Assembly (NCBI GenBank): GCA_038321865.1
Contig: JBBQFH010000002.1
Location: forward strand, 32,001 to 96,000
From: Gemmatimonadales bacterium
GTDB lineage: Bacteria; Gemmatimonadota; Gemmatimonadetes; Gemmatimonadales; GWC2-71-9
Reading direction: 5' to 3'
Length of the DNA stretch: 64,000 nt
Part shown: piece after piece, positions 1-9,860 of the stretch
Layout of the letters: the number at the start of each line of letters is the position of its first letter
How positions within the stretch are numbered: position 1 is the first letter of the stretch
Notes under the pieces: generated by a model
What the model saw: only the letters and a program-made list of their open reading frames with translations
The model's database searches: none
Told to the model about the DNA's origin: nothing
Program-made: the position numbers and the translations under genes

Positions 1-208
1 TTCCGCGGCGCACCACGGCCGCGATGGCGCCGGCCGCCCGCGCGGCGCCGAGGTGGTCATGTCCATCGAAGCGCTCGCCGCTCAGCGCGACGAACAGCGC
101 GCCCGCCTGAAGCGTGCGGGTGTCGGTCGAGATCTGGGAGAAGCCGGCGGGGCCGAAGCAGGAAGGCTGGTTCAGCGCGCGCGCGATAAATGCGCCCGGC
201 CAGCGCAT
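1..208 (-). CDS. murF: UDP-N-acetylmuramoyl-tripeptide--D-Ala-D-Ala ligase (5' part, runs off the window)
   Basis: Manual translation from ATG at 208 (TGATG overlap with the murE stop): MRWPG...QISTDTRTLQAGALFVALSGERFDGHDH, the Mur ligase N-terminal motif; follows murE. Confidence 0.9.
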   Translation of the reverse strand, partial: MRWPGAFIARALNQPSCFGPAGFSQISTDTRTLQAGALFVALSGERFDGHDHLGAARAAGAIAAVVRRG

Positions 209-1665
209 CACCGGCCGGCCACGAGACGCGCGACGATCTCGCGCTCGTCGAACGGGAGCTTCTCGGTGCCGATCACCTGGTACGTCTCGTGACCCTTGCC
301 GGCGAGCAGCACCGTATCGTCCGGCCCCGCCTCCTCGAGGGCACGCGCAATCGCGTCCCGCCGATCGGCCAGCCGGATATAGGCACTCCCGCTCATGCCG
401 GTGACGACGTCGTCGATGATGGCCTCGGGATCCTCGGTGCGCGGATTGTCGGAGCTCACGATGGCGAGTTCCGCACCTGCCGCGGCCACCTGTCCCATGA
501 TCGGGCGCTTTCCGCGGTCGCGATCACCGCCGCAGCCGAACACGACGATCAGGCGACCACGGGTGAGCGGGCGGAGACTCGCGAGCGCCCGCTCGAGCGC
601 ATCGGGCGTGTGGGCGTAGTCGCGCAGCACCACACAGGGCGCATCGGCGATCCGTTCCATGCGTCCCGGCACCTGCGGCGCCTGGGCCAGCCGCGTCACC
701 ACGTCGTTGAGCGTGCGGCCCATCGCCAGCGCCGTAGCGGCGGCAGCGAGGCCATTCGACACGTTGAACTCACCCAGAAGAGGAAGGTGGACCGGTGTGG
801 TTCCCCAGCGCGAGACCAGCAGGAAGCGGCTGCCCGACGCATCCAGCTGCAGCTCGGCCGCCCGCACGTGGGCGCCGCGGCCCAGGCCGAACGTGAGGCG
901 CTGGGGGCGCGGCGGAAGCGCGTGCCAGGCCTCGTCGTCCTCGTTCACGATTTCGATGCCGGCCAGGCTGAGGTAGCTCGACAGTTTCAGCTTGGCGCTC
1001 AGGTACGACTCCATCGTCCCGTGATAATCGAGGTGATCGCGCGTGAGGTTGGTGAACACCGCCGCACCGAAGGTGAGCCCATCGAGGCGGCCCTGATCCA
1101 GGCTGTGCGACGACGTTTCCATCACGACCGTGCGGGTGCCCCGATCGCGCAGCGCGGCGAGCGTCGCCTGAAGGTCGATCGGCCCGGGCGTGGTCAGCGA
1201 GCCGGCGGTCGAAGTCACGGGCTCGCCTCGCCCGTCGAACGCGCCAAGCGTCCCGATACTCGCGACGTCGCCGGCGGCATTGAGCAGGTGACGCACCAAT
1301 CCGGTCGTCGTCGTCTTGCCGTTGGTGCCGGTGATGCCGACGAGGACCATGCCCCGGCCCGGATCGCCGTACCACGCCCGCGCGACGGCCAGCGCGGCCG
1401 CTCGCCCGTCGCGGACGATCACCTGCGGCACCTCGGTATCCTGTGCCGTCTCGACGATCAGTGCCGCGGCACCGAGCGCGAGCGCGGCGGGGACGAAGCG
1501 GTGGCCATCGGCCTGCGTGCCTCGTACCGCGAGGTAGAGGTCGCCCGGCCCGATCGTCCGGCTGTCGCTCGATATCGATCGCAGGACCGGCGCATCGGCC
1601 GGCGCGCTCACGACGAGATCTTCGCGGCGCAGCGCGGCGACGAGTTCCGGAAGCGTTGGCGGCAT
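208..1665 (-). CDS. murE: UDP-N-acetylmuramoyl-L-Ala-D-Glu--2,6-diaminopimelate ligase
   Basis: ITGTNGKTT, LTTP, METSSH, FTNLTRDHLDYH, DYAHTPD, DNPR (DAP specificity) and AGKGHE motifs; start re-picked at MPPTL. Confidence 0.96.
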   Translation of the reverse strand: MPPTLPELVAALRREDLVVSAPADAPVLRSISSDSRTIGPGDLYLAVRGTQADGHRFVPAALALGAAALIVETAQDTEVPQVIVRDGRAAALAVARAWYGDPGRGMVLVGITGTNGKTTTTGLVRHLLNAAGDVASIGTLGAFDGRGEPVTSTAGSLTTPGPIDLQATLAALRDRGTRTVVMETSSHSLDQGRLDGLTFGAAVFTNLTRDHLDYHGTMESYLSAKLKLSSYLSLAGIEIVNEDDEAWHALPPRPQRLTFGLGRGAHVRAAELQLDASGSRFLLVSRWGTTPVHLPLLGEFNVSNGLAAAATALAMGRTLNDVVTRLAQAPQVPGRMERIADAPCVVLRDYAHTPDALERALASLRPLTRGRLIVVFGCGGDRDRGKRPIMGQVAAAGAELAIVSSDNPRTEDPEAIIDDVVTGMSGSAYIRLADRRDAIARALEEAGPDDTVLLAGKGHETYQVIGTEKLPFDEREIVARLVAGR

Positions 1666-1672
1666 GGGGTGG

Positions 1673-3649
1673 CTAGCGCTCCGCCCAGACGGTGATGGTC
1701 GAGCCGGCGGAGGCGGTGTCGCCGGCAGCCGGCTCGGTGCGGCTGACGACACCAAATCCGTGCAGCGCGACCGTGAACCCCCGGCGATGGAGCGCCGCCG
1801 CCGCGGCGCGCACACTGGCGCCGCTCACATCCGGGATCGGGCCCGGGGGCGTCGCGTCCCGCCGGCCACGATACGGCCACGGGACGGCGATGACGGTGGC
1901 GGGTGCGGTACGCGCGGCGGGAACCGCCGGTGCGGCGAGATGGACATCGGAACTGTCCACGCGGCCGGCGAACAGGTTGCGGTTGAGCACACCGGTGCGC
2001 GACGCGAGCGCCTCGAAGAGAATCTCCTTGACGAGCGGCGCCGCCGTCTGACCGCCGAAGTATGACGCACTGCCGGGCGCGTCGACGACCACGACCGCGA
2101 CGAGAATCGGCTTGTTGGCGGGAAAGAGAGCGGCAAACGAGGCGGTATACCGGTCGACGTAGCGCCCATTCTCGAGCTGATGCGACGTGCCGGTCTTGCC
2201 GATCAGCAGGTAGCGCTTCAGCTGCGCGGCCTCACCCGTGCCGCCCTTGCCGACGGCTCGGAGCAGATACTGCCGGAGCCGGGCCGCCACCTCAGGCGAA
2301 ATGACCCGCCGTACCGGCTCCGGGCGATGCCGGTAGAGGACCGTACCGTCCGGGCCGCGCACTTCACGCACCAGCGTGGGGGTCATCAGCACGCCGTCGT
2401 ACGCGATCGCCCCGTACGCGCTGGCGAGCTGGAGTGCCGTCACGGAGAACTCGTAGCCCATGGCACGGCTGGCCAGGGGATAGTCGGGACTGGTCGTGCC
2501 GTCGGGCAACCTCAGCGCGCCAGTGACCTCCGAAAACTCGACACCGGTCTTCGAGCCGAACCCGAAGGCGCGCAGCATGTCGTACTGCTCCTCGAGGCCA
2601 AGCCGCTGGGAGAATTTTGCCATCCCGATGTTGCTCGAGACCTGAATCGTCGATTCGAGGGTGAGCGGCTCGTGCTCGGCATGGGCGTCCGTGATCTCAC
2701 GCGTCGTCGGCCGCTTTCCGCGAATGGGCATCTGCCAGGCGCCGCCCTCCGGGTCGATGGTATCAGTGCTGTCCACCCGCTTGAGCTGAAGCAGCGCGGC
2801 GGCGGTGAAGAGTTTGGCCGTCGAACCCGGCTCGAACGTCGAGTTCAGGAACCCGGCGCTCACCTGACCGTCGGACCGGCGCGTCGCGATCGCCAGAATT
2901 TCGCCGTTCCGCGGGTCGAGAAAGACCGCATCGGCGCTCCGCGCCTTGAGCTCGACGAGGGAATGGTCCAGCGCCCGCTCGGCAATCTCCTGCAGGCCGG
3001 CGTCGACAGTGAGGAATACGTCGTTCCCGGCGACCGGCTCGCGCACCAGCCGCCTGGGCGACTGGATCTGGGTGCCGCGCGGATCCCGCAGATTGACGGC
3101 CTCACCCGGCACGCCACGCAATAACGGGTCGAGCACCGCCTCGAGTCCGGAGACGCCCGAGTCCCCGACGGCGAGCCCGATCGCCCCGCGCGCGACCACC
3201 GGAGCCGGGTACACCCGCTCGTGAATCGGCTCAAGGTCGACGCCCTTCGCGGCCCTCAGGCGCTCCACCTCCATGGCGGAATAGGTGCCCGGAAACGGGA
3301 TCCACGGATCATCGCTCCGGAAGCTGCGCTCGATGGATGCCTGGGTCCGCTTGACCCGGTCGAGCGACCGGACGATCAGCCCGGCGAGGGCGTGCGGATC
3401 ATCTACGCGATTCGTGGCAACGGCGACGCGGTAGGACTCGCGAGTATCGGCCAGCCGAAGCCCGTTCCGATCGGCGATCACCCCGCGAGCGGCGGGCAGC
3501 GCCACGAGCCGGGTGCGCTCGGCCCGCGCGATCGTGGCGTACTTGGCGCCCTGGAACACCTGCACCTGCGCCGCCCGCGCAACCACCGCGAGGATGACCA
3601 GTGACACGACACCCTGGACAAATCCGATGCGCGCGGTCGGCTTGGCCAT
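1673..3649 (-). CDS. ftsI: Cell division transpeptidase (PBP3/FtsI) with C-terminal PASTA-like domain
   Basis: N-terminal TM, RGxIxDRNG, EPGSTAK (SxxK), SSN, GKTGT; position between ftsL and murE. Confidence 0.92.
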   Translation of the reverse strand: MAKPTARIGFVQGVVSLVILAVVARAAQVQVFQGAKYATIARAERTRLVALPAARGVIADRNGLRLADTRESYRVAVATNRVDDPHALAGLIVRSLDRVKRTQASIERSFRSDDPWIPFPGTYSAMEVERLRAAKGVDLEPIHERVYPAPVVARGAIGLAVGDSGVSGLEAVLDPLLRGVPGEAVNLRDPRGTQIQSPRRLVREPVAGNDVFLTVDAGLQEIAERALDHSLVELKARSADAVFLDPRNGEILAIATRRSDGQVSAGFLNSTFEPGSTAKLFTAAALLQLKRVDSTDTIDPEGGAWQMPIRGKRPTTREITDAHAEHEPLTLESTIQVSSNIGMAKFSQRLGLEEQYDMLRAFGFGSKTGVEFSEVTGALRLPDGTTSPDYPLASRAMGYEFSVTALQLASAYGAIAYDGVLMTPTLVREVRGPDGTVLYRHRPEPVRRVISPEVAARLRQYLLRAVGKGGTGEAAQLKRYLLIGKTGTSHQLENGRYVDRYTASFAALFPANKPILVAVVVVDAPGSASYFGGQTAAPLVKEILFEALASRTGVLNRNLFAGRVDSSDVHLAAPAVPAARTAPATVIAVPWPYRGRRDATPPGPIPDVSGASVRAAAAALHRRGFTVALHGFGVVSRTEPAAGDTASAGSTITVWAER

Positions 3650-3936
3650 CAGCGCGCCCCGGCCGGTGCCGGCGAGATGAAGTCCTCCTCCGCGTCAGTC
3701 GGAACATGGAGCCCGAGGGCCTCCGCCTTCGGCAGCAGCACGCGCCGGCTGGAGCCCTCGCCGATCTTGCGGATGAGCTCCTGGCGGGTCGCGTCGAGCT
3801 CCTGGCGCCGCTTCCGGAGCAGGCCCGTCTGCCGCGAGAGCGCGTAGGCCTTCAGCTGCCGCGTCTCGACGATCACGGCGACGACCAGAAACGCCGCGAG
3901 CCACAGGATGACCCAGTGCCGGCCTCTAAGCTGCAT
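3649..3936 (-). CDS. ftsL: Cell division protein FtsL-like
   Basis: Short, one TM followed by a coiled coil; lies between rsmH and ftsI. Confidence 0.7.
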   Translation of the reverse strand: MQLRGRHWVILWLAAFLVVAVIVETRQLKAYALSRQTGLLRKRRQELDATRQELIRKIGEGSSRRVLLPKAEALGLHVPTDAEEDFISPAPAGAR

Positions 3937-4846
3937 GGTCAACACGAAAAATTCTCAGCTTCGCGCTCCTCGCCCTGGGGTTCGCCGCGACTTCCGCGTC
4001 GTCGGCAACGATCGGCTTCCGGGGAACGGCCGATCCGTACGCGTGGGGTGCGCAGGTGCATACCGGTTGGCGAGGCGGGCAGACGCAGGCGCCCTCCCAC
4101 GCGCGAAAGAGGTGCTTGACCAGTCGGTCCTCACCGGAGTGATAGCTCATGACCGCGAGCGCGCCGCCGGGCTCCAATGCCGCGCGGAAGGCTGGAAGCG
4201 CCACCGCCAGCCCCCCAAGCTCATCGTTGACCGCGATGCGAACCGCCTGAAACAGGCGCGCGAAGTCTCCGGGTCCGGTTCGCGGCCCCAGCGCGCCACG
4301 AATCGCGTTGACAAGGTCGTCGCTGGTGGCGAACGGCTGGCGCTGCCGCCGGCGCACGATCTCGCGCGCCAGCCGACGGGCCCGGCGCTCGTCGCCGTAC
4401 TCGTCGAACACTGCGGCCAGCGAAGCTTCATCCGACTGATTGAGGAGATCGGCGGCACCCGCTCCGCTGGAGCTCATGCGCATGTCGAGCACCGCGCCCG
4501 GGCGGAAGGTGAACCCACGCGCTTCCTCGTCGAGCTGCGCCGACGACACGCCCAGATCGAGCAGGATGAAGTCAGGCGCGAACCGGGCCACTGCCTCGAG
4601 CGCCGGTCGAGCCGCGTATGGCGACACAAGATAGCGAATTTGCGCGTCGCCGAGGCGTGCCCGCGCTCGCGCGACCGCGGAGGGATCCCGGTCGATGCCC
4701 AGCATCGCGACACCAGCCGCCAGCAGCGCCTCGGCGTGACCCCCATCGCCGAGCGTGACGTCGGCGGCCCGGCGCGCGCCGCGCGCCGCCGCCAGTACCT
4801 GCCGCAGCAGCACCGGGACGTGGTAGGTCGGCATGGGGTCAGACAT
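3926..4846 (-). CDS. rsmH: 16S rRNA m4C1402 methyltransferase
   Basis: HVPVL, DVTLGDGGH, LDLGVSSxQLD, LDMRM, FQAVRIAVNDEL, SYHSGEDR, NPRARSAKLR. Confidence 0.97.
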   Translation of the reverse strand: MSDPMPTYHVPVLLRQVLAAARGARRAADVTLGDGGHAEALLAAGVAMLGIDRDPSAVARARARLGDAQIRYLVSPYAARPALEAVARFAPDFILLDLGVSSAQLDEEARGFTFRPGAVLDMRMSSSGAGAADLLNQSDEASLAAVFDEYGDERRARRLAREIVRRRQRQPFATSDDLVNAIRGALGPRTGPGDFARLFQAVRIAVNDELGGLAVALPAFRAALEPGGALAVMSYHSGEDRLVKHLFRAWEGACVCPPRQPVCTCAPHAYGSAVPRKPIVADDAEVAANPRARSAKLRIFRVDHAA

Positions 4847-4874
4847 GGTGGGCCCGCACAGGGTGGAAACGCAA

Positions 4875-4899
4875 CACCCCGTCCGGCCGGGACGGGGTG
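4875..4899 (-). terminator. Intrinsic terminator-like hairpin downstream of tRNA-Asp
   Basis: CACCCCGTCC / GGACGGGGTG 10-bp stem, followed on the minus strand by TTGCGTTT. Confidence 0.6.
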
Positions 4900-4917
4900 A
4901 CGCGATCTCGAGACGAA

Positions 4918-4992
4918 CGGGGCTGACGGGGCTCGAACCCGCGACCTCCGCAGTGACAGTGCGGCACTCTAACCAAGCTGAGCTACAGCCCC
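4918..4992 (-). tRNA. tRNA-Asp(GTC)
   Basis: Reverse complement GGGGCTGTAGCTCAGCTTGGTTAGAGTGCCGCACTGTCACTGCGGAGGTCGCGGGTTCGAGCCCCGTCAGCCCCG folds into a cloverleaf; CCA not encoded. Confidence 0.96.
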
Positions 4993-5041
4993 CTGCTGTG
5001 GCGGGCTGAATATAGAGACGCCGCAGTCGGGTTGGAAGTCC

Positions 5042-6799
5042 CTACTTGCAGTACGCCTTGAGCAGCGAAGCAGTATGCGGTTTGTACTTCTCGATCACCG
5101 CGAGCTGAGCGGCTGACTCGGTCGGCTTCACCGCTTTCGCGATGTTGAACGCCACCTCCGCCTCCTTGAGCAGAGCGTCCTCCTGCCGGGATAGTTCGCA
5201 GGACTTCTTGGCGACCGCCTGCGCGTCGATCGGCGGCACCTGAGAGAAGGTCGCGATGCCGAACAGATAGTTCGCCGTCGGCATGAAACGGGCAGTCGGA
5301 GCGAGCTTGATCGCCTGGCGCAGCAGGTCGGCCGCGCCCTTGTCGTCGCGCGGTGTGGACTGGAGCATCGGTACGGCCGCCGTCACGAGCAGGCCGGCGG
5401 TCTTTTCCCGATACGAGGCCGAGTCCGCCGACGCACCGGCGCGGCGGATGGCGAAGTCGATGAACGGTTGTGCCTCCGGGATCCGCTTCGCGGTGTAGAG
5501 GGCCTGTGCGGCGTTGAGCGCCGGCAGGACGTTGGCGCTGTCAATCGCCATCAGGCGCCGCGTCACGCTGAGGCTGCTGTCGACCTGGCCGGAGTAGGAA
5601 TACGCCTTATTGAGATTCTGCAGCATGGTGATGTTGGTCGGATAGCGGCGCGACGCCTTGTTGGCCCACAGGACATACGTGGCGGTATCGGCCGCCGTGG
5701 CCCGGGGAAGACTGTCGGACAGCCGCTGCTCCGCCGCGGCCCCGATCTTGGCGAAGAACAGGGTGTCCGCCCGGGTCGAGTCGGTCTCGTAGGCCTTGGC
5801 AAGCACGTCGACGGCGCACTTGTAGTTGCCCGCGAAGAGGCAGGCGTTGCTCTTCAGATCGTACAGATCCCAGTTGAACGGATCGAGACGCAAACCCTCG
5901 TCGGCCACCTGAATGGCGGCGTCGGTGTGCCCCGAGCTCAGAAAGTAGCGGAAGGCGCTCTGACGGAGCTCTTGGTCGCTCGGCGCAGCCCGGAGCATCT
6001 GCTGCAGGGTCGCCACCGCCTTCGCCGTATCGCCGCGCTGCTGGTAGGCCTGGGCCAGCTGGCGGAGCGCAATCACGCTCAGCGAATCGCCGGCGATCGC
6101 AGCGTCCAGCTGCTGCACCTTGTCGCCGATCGAGTGCGCAGAATCGGCGATGATGGCGAGGCAGTAGTGTGCCAGGCCGTTTGTCGGAAGGAGCTTCAGC
6201 GCCTTGTTGGCGGATTCTATCGCCTTGGCCCGGTTAGCAATGCGCTGGTCCATGCAGCTCCGTGCATCCGCGAGGGAGCGGAGCGCCGGCTGGAGGGCAT
6301 CGGCGGCGCGCGCCGCAAGCTCGTCCAGCGGCTGGCCCGAGGCCTGGGAGACCCGAACGACATTACCGACATCGTCGTTGGTACCGGACAGCCGGGCCAC
6401 GATGGCGCGAGATCCGTCGGGCAGCTTCGACATCGTGGAGGTGACCACGACGCGCGTGCCCGGCAGGTTCTTCGCCAGGGTACGCGCGTAGGTCGGACTC
6501 AGGATGGCATCCTTCCAGAAGCCGAACTGCAGCAACGCGCTGTTCATCAGCGTGTCGGCGGCGACGGTGTATTCGGAACTGACGGTACGGTCGAGTCGCT
6601 TGCGCATCACGTCGCCGACGTGCACCGCTACGGCGGAATCGCTCGCGGCGAAGACGTAGGGATTGGCGACGAGAATGCGGGTGCGGGACGCATTGGCATT
6701 CGCGGCGATTCTCCCGCCGCGCGGGATGCCCTGGGCCGAGAGTGGTGCGGCGAGGGCAGTGCCGAGAAGCATCAGACTGATTGTGCGCGAAACAGGCAT
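5042..6799 (-). CDS. Exported tetratricopeptide-repeat protein
   Basis: Signal peptide (MPVSRTISLMLLGTALAAPLSAQ), Ala-rich helical TPR-like repeats, GGAGG RBS upstream. Confidence 0.75.
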   Translation of the reverse strand: MPVSRTISLMLLGTALAAPLSAQGIPRGGRIAANANASRTRILVANPYVFAASDSAVAVHVGDVMRKRLDRTVSSEYTVAADTLMNSALLQFGFWKDAILSPTYARTLAKNLPGTRVVVTSTMSKLPDGSRAIVARLSGTNDDVGNVVRVSQASGQPLDELAARAADALQPALRSLADARSCMDQRIANRAKAIESANKALKLLPTNGLAHYCLAIIADSAHSIGDKVQQLDAAIAGDSLSVIALRQLAQAYQQRGDTAKAVATLQQMLRAAPSDQELRQSAFRYFLSSGHTDAAIQVADEGLRLDPFNWDLYDLKSNACLFAGNYKCAVDVLAKAYETDSTRADTLFFAKIGAAAEQRLSDSLPRATAADTATYVLWANKASRRYPTNITMLQNLNKAYSYSGQVDSSLSVTRRLMAIDSANVLPALNAAQALYTAKRIPEAQPFIDFAIRRAGASADSASYREKTAGLLVTAAVPMLQSTPRDDKGAADLLRQAIKLAPTARFMPTANYLFGIATFSQVPPIDAQAVAKKSCELSRQEDALLKEAEVAFNIAKAVKPTESAAQLAVIEKYKPHTASLLKAYCK

Positions 6800-6866
6800 T
6801 CCTTAACCTCCGCAACGGGATCGGCCAACGGAATCGTGAAGCGTCGCGCGACCCCGCGCGACCCAA

Positions 6867-6941
6867 TGGGCGAAGAGGGATTCGAACCCCCGACATCCTG
6901 CGTGTAAGGCAGGCGCTCTGAACCAGCTGAGCTATTCGCCC
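6867..6941 (-). tRNA. tRNA-Val(TAC)
   Basis: Reverse complement GGGCGAATAGCTCAGCTGGTTCAGAGCGCCTGCCTTACACGCAGGATGTCGGGGGTTCGAATCCCTCTTCGCCCA forms a cloverleaf. Confidence 0.96.
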
Positions 6942-7014
6942 GGTCGTGTTGGAGTGGCGACAGCCCGAATATGACGGCAATGCATGCGCCGTGCCGTGGC
7001 GCGCGTCACGCCAG

Positions 7015-7206
7015 CTACAGTGCGATGCCCAACGGGAGTAGGACGCAGTAACCCAGCACGAGCAACACCGCGGCCAGGGTAGGATGTCCGGCGCCGAGAA
7101 TGCCGTAGCCGGCCGCGAGCGTCAGGACGCCGGCACCAAGGATGAGCAGGTTCCGGCGCCCCAGGAGGGGCCGGCGCGTCGGAGTGGATGCGCGGGGCGT
7201 AGCCAT
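7015..7206 (-). CDS. Small two-TM membrane protein (DUF3098-like)
   Basis: 63 aa, RRNLLILGAG...TLAAVLLVLGYCVLLPLGI pattern. Confidence 0.6.
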   Translation of the reverse strand: MATPRASTPTRRPLLGRRNLLILGAGVLTLAAGYGILGAGHPTLAAVLLVLGYCVLLPLGIAL

Positions 7207-7220
7207 AGCGGTAGAGGCTA

Positions 7221-8105
7221 CTACGGTACCCGACCCGGGTCAAGTTCCGGCGGCGCCTCATCTTCGCTCGGAATCACCCACCCCTCATCCAGCGCGGCAC
7301 GGCGGGGCCCGTCCGCCCGGCGGCGGATTCCGCCGAGCGCCAGCACCAGCGTCGCAATGACGCTCCAGACGCCGCCGGCGGCGATCCAGGTCGCCAGCCC
7401 ATACCGGCGCCGCACCGTTCCCATCCAGTCGCGAGCGAACTGTCCCACGTTGAGGCCCGTCGTCTGCCGCAGGGCGTCCTCAAACGGAACACCAGCTTCC
7501 AGGCGGGCCATCAGCGGGTCCAGCTTGCGGGTGGGATTGAGCTCGGCCAGCCGGGCCACCGCGGCCATGGAGAGCGCGTAGGCCGGACCGGCGGCGCCCT
7601 CATTCCCCCGCAGCTCGCCATCGAGGTCGTCCAGCTCGGGGACGCCGCCACGCGCGACCGACAAGTTGAGCGACAGTGCCGCGAGGCGATCCCATTCGCC
7701 GGCCGCCCACGCGGCGTAGCCTTCGTCGAACCAGCGCGGCACGCGCACCCGCACCGCGCCATGCAGTACAAGGTGAGCGAGCTCATGCCGCAGGGTTCGT
7801 TCGAGATCTCCCACATCGGCACGAAGCAGGATGGTGTGGGCCCCGGGCATCGCGATGCCGGCGCCCCACGTGGGCGCGCGTCCCCCGGTCATTTGCCGGT
7901 ATCGGGCCGCATCAGGGACCAGGATGAGCCGCATCGGCCCCGCCGAGCGGCGACCCAGACCGGGCCAGTATGCGGCCTGGTCCGCCGCTTCGGCCAGCGA
8001 CGCAGCCATGCCGAGCTGCGGGGGCCACGCGACCGCCACCACGTCGCCGACTCGCACCACGCGCGGAGGCGTCTGAGCAAACAGCAGGACGAATGCTACG
8101 AAAAC
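7221..8105 (-). CDS. Membrane-anchored zinc metallopeptidase (peptidase MA-like); start uncertain
   Basis: HELAH (HExxH) followed by PRWFDEGYA, a C-terminal TM, and a hydrophobic N-terminal stretch VFVAFVLLFAQ. No clean ATG/GTG at that point; the ORF is open to 8243. Confidence 0.7.
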   Translation of the reverse strand, partial: VFVAFVLLFAQTPPRVVRVGDVVAVAWPPQLGMAASLAEAADQAAYWPGLGRRSAGPMRLILVPDAARYRQMTGGRAPTWGAGIAMPGAHTILLRADVGDLERTLRHELAHLVLHGAVRVRVPRWFDEGYAAWAAGEWDRLAALSLNLSVARGGVPELDDLDGELRGNEGAAGPAYALSMAAVARLAELNPTRKLDPLMARLEAGVPFEDALRQTTGLNVGQFARDWMGTVRRRYGLATWIAAGGVWSVIATLVLALGGIRRRADGPRRAALDEGWVIPSEDEAPPELDPGRVP

Positions 8106-8974
8106 CGAGTACGCGGGATCTCTCCACCCGAAGCCGCCAGGGCGACGAGCTCGCCGCAGCGCCTGGCCCAGGGGTTGAACTTGTTGGCCTTCTGCCCGTC
8201 GGTCCACGTCTGAACGGCGCCAGCCCGATCGCCGGCGAGCCACTGCGCCCCACCCAGCTGCAGGTACGCCTCGATCAGGTTGGGGCCGAGCCGAAGCGTC
8301 TTCCGGAAAAAGCTCTGCGCATCGTCGTACATGTCGCGCTCGAGGTACACCAGCCCAAGATAATAATGTGCGTAGAGGGTGGCCTTGCGGTCGTTGTCGA
8401 GCCGGATGGCCTTGGAGAGGTGCTCGATCGCTTCGCCGAAGATTCGCTTCTTCAGGCAGATGTAGCCGACGTTGATTCGGGCCAGGGCGTTTGCGGGCTC
8501 ATTCATCAGCACCTTGGAAAAGGTGCCCAGCGCATCGTCGTACTCCTCATGCAGCATCTGCGCCCACCCGAGCAGCGACAGCGCTTCCACCGCGCCGGGC
8601 GACAGCTCCAGCGCCCGCGAGAGCACCTGTATCGCGCCGGCATGGTCGCCGAGAGAAATGAGGCTCCAGCCCTTCTCGATGAAGGTCGACGCTCCGATAT
8701 GATCATCGTGCACCACCGGCCGGGCATCCGTAAATGCGGGAGCCTGCGCAGTCGCGGCTGACGCCGAGACCTGCTTGTAGCGGTCCACCAGCAGACGGAT
8801 GTCTTCCTTGAGCTGCGTAACCTCCGCCAGCGCCGTATCGACTTTCTTGAAGAACGCGATGATCTCCCGCTTGGCCGCGTCGCGCCCCGATGCGTCGGCC
8901 GCGGCATCGAGCCGCGATGCGATCGTCGCGTATTCGCTCCTGAGCGGTGCCGTCAGCGACTCGTCTGCCGTCAT
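8096..8974 (-). CDS. Coiled-coil plus TPR protein
   Basis: Start MTADESL overlaps the cheW stop (ATGA); about 5 TPR repeats (KGWSLISLGD, LGWAQM, NVGYICLKK, YYLGLVY). Confidence 0.85.
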   Translation of the reverse strand: MTADESLTAPLRSEYATIASRLDAAADASGRDAAKREIIAFFKKVDTALAEVTQLKEDIRLLVDRYKQVSASAATAQAPAFTDARPVVHDDHIGASTFIEKGWSLISLGDHAGAIQVLSRALELSPGAVEALSLLGWAQMLHEEYDDALGTFSKVLMNEPANALARINVGYICLKKRIFGEAIEHLSKAIRLDNDRKATLYAHYYLGLVYLERDMYDDAQSFFRKTLRLGPNLIEAYLQLGGAQWLAGDRAGAVQTWTDGQKANKFNPWARRCGELVALAASGGEIPRTRFS

Positions 8975-9435
8975 GTCACTACTGCCGCTTCGAGGGCCTG
9001 CCGCTCCGTCGAGCTGAGGAGCCGGAGCGCGTTCAGCAGAACCACGGCCCGATCCCCTTCCGTGAGGATCCCGGCGATGTACGTCGCGGCCAGGCCGCGG
9101 ACCATGGGAGGCGGCGCGGTGATCGTGGTGCTGTCCACCCGCATCACCTCGCGGACCTGGTCGACCAGCATGCCGATGCGCTGCCCGTCGAGATTGAGGA
9201 CCATGAGGCGGGTTTCCTCCGTTACTCCGGCCTCCAGCTCGAGCCGCTTCCGGAGATCCACCACCGGAATCGCCGTTCCGGCGTAGCGAACGACGCCCTC
9301 GAGAAACGCCGGTGCCTTGGGCAGCGCCGACGGCTTCTCGTAGCGCAGGATGCGCTCCACCTGGGAAATATCGAGCGCGAACTCCTGCGAGCCCACGCGG
9401 AACGTGACCACCTGCATGTCGTCGCCAGTGTTCAT
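8971..9435 (-). CDS. cheW: Chemotaxis coupling protein CheW
   Basis: VVTFRVGSQEFALDISQVERI...FLEGVV...IPVVDLRKRL...IGMLVDQVREV. Confidence 0.93.
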   Translation of the reverse strand: MNTGDDMQVVTFRVGSQEFALDISQVERILRYEKPSALPKAPAFLEGVVRYAGTAIPVVDLRKRLELEAGVTEETRLMVLNLDGQRIGMLVDQVREVMRVDSTTITAPPPMVRGLAATYIAGILTEGDRAVVLLNALRLLSSTERQALEAAVVT

Positions 9436-9860
9436 GTGTCGATTCCCCTTTCCGCGAGCCGCGCACCAAGCGCAGTGAGATCAAGCAGGGGCACCAGTCC
9501 GTCCGCGCGCCGGACGACCGCGCGCGCCCAGGGAAGGGCGGAGCTCGGCGGGAGCGGCAGCGTCGCCTCCCGCACGACCACGTCCGCCTCCTCGACCTCG
9601 AGACAGAGCCGGATACCGCCAACCGAGATGACCACCGCGACCTCACTCACCCGGGGTGGGTACGCCTCGCCGGCCAGCAGGGCGCCGAGGTGAAGCACCG
9701 GCATCATTTCTCCCCGCACGTTCGCCACGCCGCGGAGCGCGGCCTCCGTGCTCGGAACCGGGTGCGCCGGGCCAGCGTCCGCGACCGCGACGACCTGCTC
9801 CACCGGAAGGCCGACCAGGCGACCTCCGGCGCGCACGAGCAGGAAGGACGCCTCGCTCAT
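9432..9860 (-). CDS. cheW: CheW-like protein
   Basis: [10 protein letters not shown]...PVP...[17 protein letters not shown] pattern; more divergent. Confidence 0.85.
   Translation of the reverse strand: MSEASFLLVRAGGRLVGLPVEQVVAVADAGPAHPVPSTEAALRGVANVRGEMMPVLHLGALLAGEAYPPRVSEVAVVISVGGIRLCLEVEEADVVVREATLPLPPSSALPWARAVVRRADGLVPLLDLTALGARLAERGIDT

Noticed and set aside
6843..6862. Hairpin GTCGCGCG/CGCGCGAC after tRNA-Val as a terminator
   Set aside because: No U-tract; may be a processing stem, but support is too weak.
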